The notes below the pieces were generated by a model. The model made no database searches. It was not told where the DNA came from and worked only from the letters and a program-made list of their open reading frames with translations. The translations under genes were made by a program, and so were the position numbers. Below, one piece after another: positions 39,955 to 44,555 of a DNA stretch of 44,555 nt. Position 1 is the first letter of the stretch. Each line of letters begins with the position of its first letter. The DNA comes from a virus (lineage: Duplodnaviria; Heunggongvirae; Uroviricota; Caudoviricetes), in IMG/VR virus record IMGVR_UViG_2734482571_000013; one strand, 5' to 3'.

Positions 39955-40499
39955 AAACGGGGGCCGAAGCCATCCGGGCACTGGCCACACAGCTCCCGGC
40001 ATTTCGTCAGAAACTGAGCGACGGCTGGTATCAGGTGCGCATTGCCGGGCGTGATGCAGGCGAAAATGAATTATCTGCCCGTCTTAATGAACCGCTGGCA
40101 AATGGTGCCGTGATCCACATCGTTCCGCGTCTGGCGGGTGCCAAAAGTGGCGGTGTGTTTCAGGCGGTGCTGGGTGCGGCGCTGATTGCGGTGGCATGGT
40201 GGAACCCTGTGGGCTGGCTGGGGGCCGCGGCTGTATCGGGTATGTATGCAGCAGGGGCCAGTATGATCCTGGGTGGTGTGGCGCAGATGCTGGCACCGAA
40301 AGCCAGGACGCCCACGGCAGCCAGTACAGATAACGGCAAACAGAACACGTATTTCTCGTCACTGGATAACATGGTTGCCCAGGGTAATGTTCTGCCTGTT
40401 CTGTACGGGGAAATGCGCGTGGGGTCACGTGTGGTTTCTCAGGAGATCAGCACGGCAGACGAAGGGGATGGTGGTCAGGTTGTGGTGATTGGTCGCTGA
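39852..40499 (+). CDS. I: Tail assembly protein I-like (215 aa)
   Basis: Translation MAATHTLPLASPGMARICLYGDLQRFG... matches lambda gpI as recalled. Confidence 0.8.
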   Translation: MAATHTLPLASPGMARICLYGDLQRFGRRIDLRVKTGAEAIRALATQLPAFRQKLSDGWYQVRIAGRDAGENELSARLNEPLANGAVIHIVPRLAGAKSGGVFQAVLGAALIAVAWWNPVGWLGAAAVSGMYAAGASMILGGVAQMLAPKARTPTAASTDNGKQNTYFSSLDNMVAQGNVLPVLYGEMRVGSRVVSQEISTADEGDGGQVVVIGR

Positions 40500-40517
40500 T
40501 GCAAAATGTTTTATGAG

Positions 40518-40537
40518 AAACCGCCTGCGGGCGGTTT
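40518..40537 (+). other. Stem-loop between I and J
   Basis: AAACCGCC-TGCG-GGCGGTTT followed by TGTCGTTT. Confidence 0.35.
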
Positions 40538-40559
40538 TGTCGTTTATGGAGCGTGAGGA

Positions 40560-43500
40560 ATGGGTAAAGGCAGCAGTAAGGGGCATACCCCGCGCGAAGC
40601 GAAGGACAACCTGAAGTCCACGCAGCTGCTGAGTGTGATCGATGCCATCAGTGAAGGGCCGGTTGAAGGTCCGGTGGATGGATTAAAAAGCGTGCTGCTG
40701 AACAGTACGCCGGTGCTGGACAATGAGGGGAATACCAACATCTCCGGCGTCACGGTGGTGTTCCGGGCAGGTGAGCAGNNNNNNNNNNNNNNNNNNNNNN
40801 NNNNNNNNNNNNNNNNNNNNNNNNNNNNNNNNNNNNNNNNNNNNNNNNNNNNNNNNNNNNNNNNNNNNNNNNNNNNNNNNNNNNNNNNNNNNNNNNNNNN
40901 NNNNNNNNNNNNNTGCTGAACAGTACGCCGGTGCTGGACAGTGAGGGGAATACCAACATCTCCGGCGTCACGGTGGTGTTCCGGGCAGGTGAGCAGGAGC
41001 AGTCACCGCCGGAGGGATTTGAATCCTCCGGCTCCGAGACGGTGCTGGGTACGGAAGTGAAATATGACACGCCGATCACCCGGACCATCACGTCGGCAAA
41101 CATCGACCGTCTGCGCTTTACCTTCGGTGTACAGGCACTGGTGGAAACCACCTCAAAGGGAGACAGGAATCCGTCNNNNNNNNNNNNNNNNNNNNNNNNN
41201 NNNNNNNNNNNNNNNNNNNNNNNNNNNNNNNNNNNNNNNNNNNNNNNNNNNNNNNNNNNNNNNNNNNNNNNNNNNNNNNNNNNNNNNNNNNNNNNNNNNN
41301 NNNNNNNNNNNNNNNNNNNNNNNNNNNNNNNNNNNNNNNNNNNNNNNNNNNNNNNNNNNNNNNNNNNNNNNNNNNNNNNNNNNNNNTCATCGATGTGAAA
41401 CAGTGCTACCCGAACACTGCACTGGTCGGCGTACAGGTGGACTCGGAGCAGTTCGGCAGCCAGCAGGTGAGTCGTAATTATCATCTTCGCGGGCGCATTC
41501 TGCAGGTGCCGTCGAACTATAACCCGCAGACGCGACAATACAGCGGTATCTGGGACGGAACGTTAAAACCAGCATACAGCAANNNNNNNNNNNNNNNNNN
41601 NNNNNNNNNNNNNNNNNNNNNNNNNNNNNNNNNNNNNNNNNNNNNNNNNNNNNNNNNNNNNNNNNNNNNNNNNNNNNNNNNNNNNNNNNNNNNNNNNNNN
41701 NNNNNNNNNNNNNNNNNNNNNNNNNNNNNNNNNNNNNNNNNNNNNNNNNNNNNNNNNNNNNNNNNNNNNNNNNNNNNNNNNNNNNNNNNNNNNNNNNNNN
41801 NNNNNNNNNNNNNNNNNNNNNNNNNNNNNNNNTCATCGATGTGAAACAGTGCTACCCGAACACGGCACTGGTCGGCGTACAGGTGGATTCGGAGCAGTTC
41901 GGCAGCCAGCAGGTGAGCCGTAATTATCATCTTCGCGGGCGCATTCTGCAGGTGCCGTCGAACTATAATCCGCAGACGCGGCAATACAGCGGTATCTGGG
42001 ACGGAACGTTAAAACCGGCATACAGCAACAACATGGCCTGGTGTCTGTGGGATATGCTGACCCATCCGCGCTATGGCATGGGGAAACGTCTTGGTGCGGC
42101 AGATGTGGATAAATGGGCGCTGTATGTCATCGGCCAGTACTGTGACCAGTCGGTGCCGGACGGCTTTGGCAGCACGGAGCCGCGCATCACCTGTAATGCC
42201 TGGCTGACCACACAGCGCAAGGCGTGGGATGTGCTCAGTGATTTCTGCTCGGCGATGCGCTGTATGCCGGTATGGAACGGGCAGACGCTGACATTCGTGC
42301 AGGACCGACAGTCGGATAAGGTGTGGGCCTATAACCGCAGTAATGTGGTGATGCCGGATGATGGCGCGCCGTTCCGCTACAGTTTCAGCGCCCTGAAAGA
42401 CCGCCATAATGCCGTTGAGGTGAACTGGATTGACCCGGATAACGGCTGGGAGACGGCGACAGAGCTTGTGGAGGATACGCAGGCCATTGTCCGTTACGGT
42501 CGTAACGTCACGAAGATGGATGCCTTTGGCTGTACCAGCCGGGGGCAGGCACACCGCGCCGGGCTGTGGCTGATTAAAACGGAACTGCTGGAGACGCAGA
42601 CCGTGGATTTCAGCGTGGGTGCTGAAGGGCTTCGTCATGTACCGGGCGATGTCATTGAAATCTGCGATGATGACTATGCCGGTATCCGCACCGGCGGGCG
42701 CGTGCTGGCGGTGAACAGCCAGACCCGGACGCTGACGCTCGACCGTGAAATCACGCTGCCATCCTCCGGCACCACGCTGATAAGCCTGGTTGACGGTGAG
42801 GGTAATCCGGTCAGCGTGGAGGTCCAGTCCGTCACCGACGGCGTGAAGGTAAAAGTGAGCCGTGTTCCTGACGGTGTTGCTGAATACAGCGTGTGGGGGC
42901 TGAAGCTGCCGACGCTGCACCAGCGATTGTTCCGCTGCGTGAGTATCCGTGAGAACGACGACGGCACGTATGCCATCACCGCCGTGCAGCATGTGCCGGA
43001 AAAAGAAGCCATCGTGGATAACGGGGCGCACTTTGACGGCGACCAGAGCGGCACGGTGAATGGTGTCACGCCGCCAGCGGTGCAGCACCTGACTGCCGAA
43101 GTCACCGCAGACAGCGGGGAATATCAGGTGCTGGCGCGCTGGGACACGCCGAAGGTGGTGAAGGGCGTGAGCTTCCTGCTCCGTCTGACCGTAACAGCGG
43201 ATGACGGCAGTGAGCGGCTGGTCAGCACGGCCCGGACGACGGAAACCACTTACCGCTTCACACAACTGGCGCTGGGGAACTACAGGCTGACAGTCCGGGC
43301 AGTAAATGCGTGGGGGCAGCAGGGCGATCCGGCGTCGGTATCGTTCCGGATTGCCGCACCGGCAGCGCTGTCGCGGATTGAGCTGACGCCGGGCTATTTT
43401 CAGATAACCGCCACGCCGCATCTTGCGGTTTATGATCCGACGGTACAGTTTGAGTTCTGGTTCTCGGAAAAGCGGATTGCGGATATCAGGCAGGTTGAAA

Positions 43501-44555
43501 CCACAGCACGCTATCTTGGCACGGCGCTGTACTGGATAGCCGCCAGTATCAATATCAAACCGGGCCATGATTATTACTTTTATATCCGCAGTGTGAACAC
43601 CGTTGGCAAATCGGCATTCGTGGAGGCTGTTGGTCAGCCGAGTGATGATGCATCCGGTTATCTGGATTTTTTCAAAGGCGAGATAGGGAAAACCCATCTG
43701 GCTCAGGAGCTGTGGACGCAGATTGATAACGGTCAGCTTGCGCCTGACCTGGCTGAAATCAGGACGTCCATTACGGATGTCAGCAATGAAATCACGCAGA
43801 CCGTCAATAAGAAACTGGAAGACCAGAGTGCGGCAATTCAGCAGATACAGAAGGTTCAGGTTGATACAAATAATAACCTGAACAGCATGTGGGCTGTGAA
43901 GCTGCAGCAGATGCAGGACGGACGCCTTTATATCGCGGGTATTGGTGCCGGTATTGAGAACACCCCTGACGGCATGCAGAGTCAGGTGCTGCTGGCGGCG
44001 GACAGGATTGCGATGGTTAATCCTGCGAATGGCAACACAAAACCGATGTTTGTTGGTCAGGGCGATCAGATATTCATGAACGACGTGTTCCTGAAACGCC
44101 TGACGGCCCCCACCATTACCAGCGGTGGAAATCCATCGGCATTTTCCCTGACTCCGGACGGAAAGCTGACCGCTAAAAATGCGGATATCAGTGGCAGTGT
44201 GAATGCGAACGCCGGGACGCTCAACAATGTCACGGTAAATGAAAACTGTACGATTAAGGGCATGCTGGAGGCGACTCAGGTCAGAGGTGACTTCGTTAAA
44301 GCTGTATCCAAATCATTTCCGAAACAGGCTGGTACGTGGGGTAACACGGAAACACCAAACGGGACGGTTACAGTCACCATAAGCGATGATCATAACTTTG
44401 ACCGCCAGATTATTATTCCGCCCATTATTTTTAACGGTATAGCGTATGACGATCCGGGGAGCGGAAATAACCCAGGAGGCACGCGATACACGGGTTATGG
44501 TTTTGAAGTTCGCAAAAACGGCGTATTAATCGCATCCAGAGAAACTAAAGGTGCC
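40560..44555 (+). CDS. J: Tail tip / host specificity protein J (partial at 3' end; three assembly gaps with duplicated flanks)
   Basis: N-terminus [24 protein letters not shown] matches lambda J as recalled; frame open to the window end after the last gap; GTGAGGA Shine-Dalgarno. Confidence 0.8.
40779..40913. other. Assembly gap (135 N) in J
   Basis: Run of N; sequence 40696-40778 repeats at 40914-40996 with one mismatch. Confidence 1.
41176..41386. other. Assembly gap (211 N) in J
   Basis: Run of N. Confidence 1.
41583..41832. other. Assembly gap (250 N) in J
   Basis: Run of N; sequence 41387-41582 repeats at 41833-42028 with about 6 substitutions. Confidence 1.

Larger units (their letters stand above)
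1..44555. mobile_element. Rac-like lambdoid prophage, integrase to partial tail fibre J; attachment sites lie outside the window
   Basis: Continuous phage gene order int-xis-recET-kilR-sieB-repressor-cro-replication-Q-lysis-terminase-head-tail; order of the left arm and trkG matches my recollection of E. coli K-12 Rac. Confidence 0.85.

Noticed and set aside
42009-43697. 562-aa ORF on the minus strand
   Set aside because: Lies entirely antisense to J, whose plus-strand frame is open across the same interval and matches a known tail protein; long antisense ORFs are common in GC-rich genes

Overview
This window is almost entirely one lambdoid prophage of the E. coli Rac type, running from the integrase at the left edge to a partial tail-fibre gene J at the right edge. 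Unlike the defective K-12 Rac element as I recall it, this copy looks intact. Gene order left to right: int/xis and the recET recombination module with kilR/sieB (minus strand, 1-7.5 kb); a repressor/Cro-like immunity switch (7.7-8.5 kb); ydaT/ydaU/ydaV replication genes; an AT-rich accessory island (11.8-15.7 kb); DUF1367, ybcO-like and Q antiterminator genes with terminators; two paralogous TolA-domain-III-like lipoproteins; a pinholin / SAR-endolysin / Rz-Rz1 lysis cassette; the trkG potassium-transporter moron; a ParB-like plus glycosyltransferase-like pair; then terminase, portal, capsid and a lambda-like tail module (G/T frameshift, H, M, L, K, I, J). The best candidate for an undescribed system is the two-gene operon at 11897-13936: a protein with an RNxxxH (HEPN-like) motif followed by a protein with a GNAT-like C-terminus, in DNA of about 35% G+C with no recognisable phage function. 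Four runs of N (one in Rz, three in J) are assembly gaps; the J gaps are flanked by near-identical duplicated sequence. All homology calls are from reading the translations and recalled family knowledge; no searches were run.
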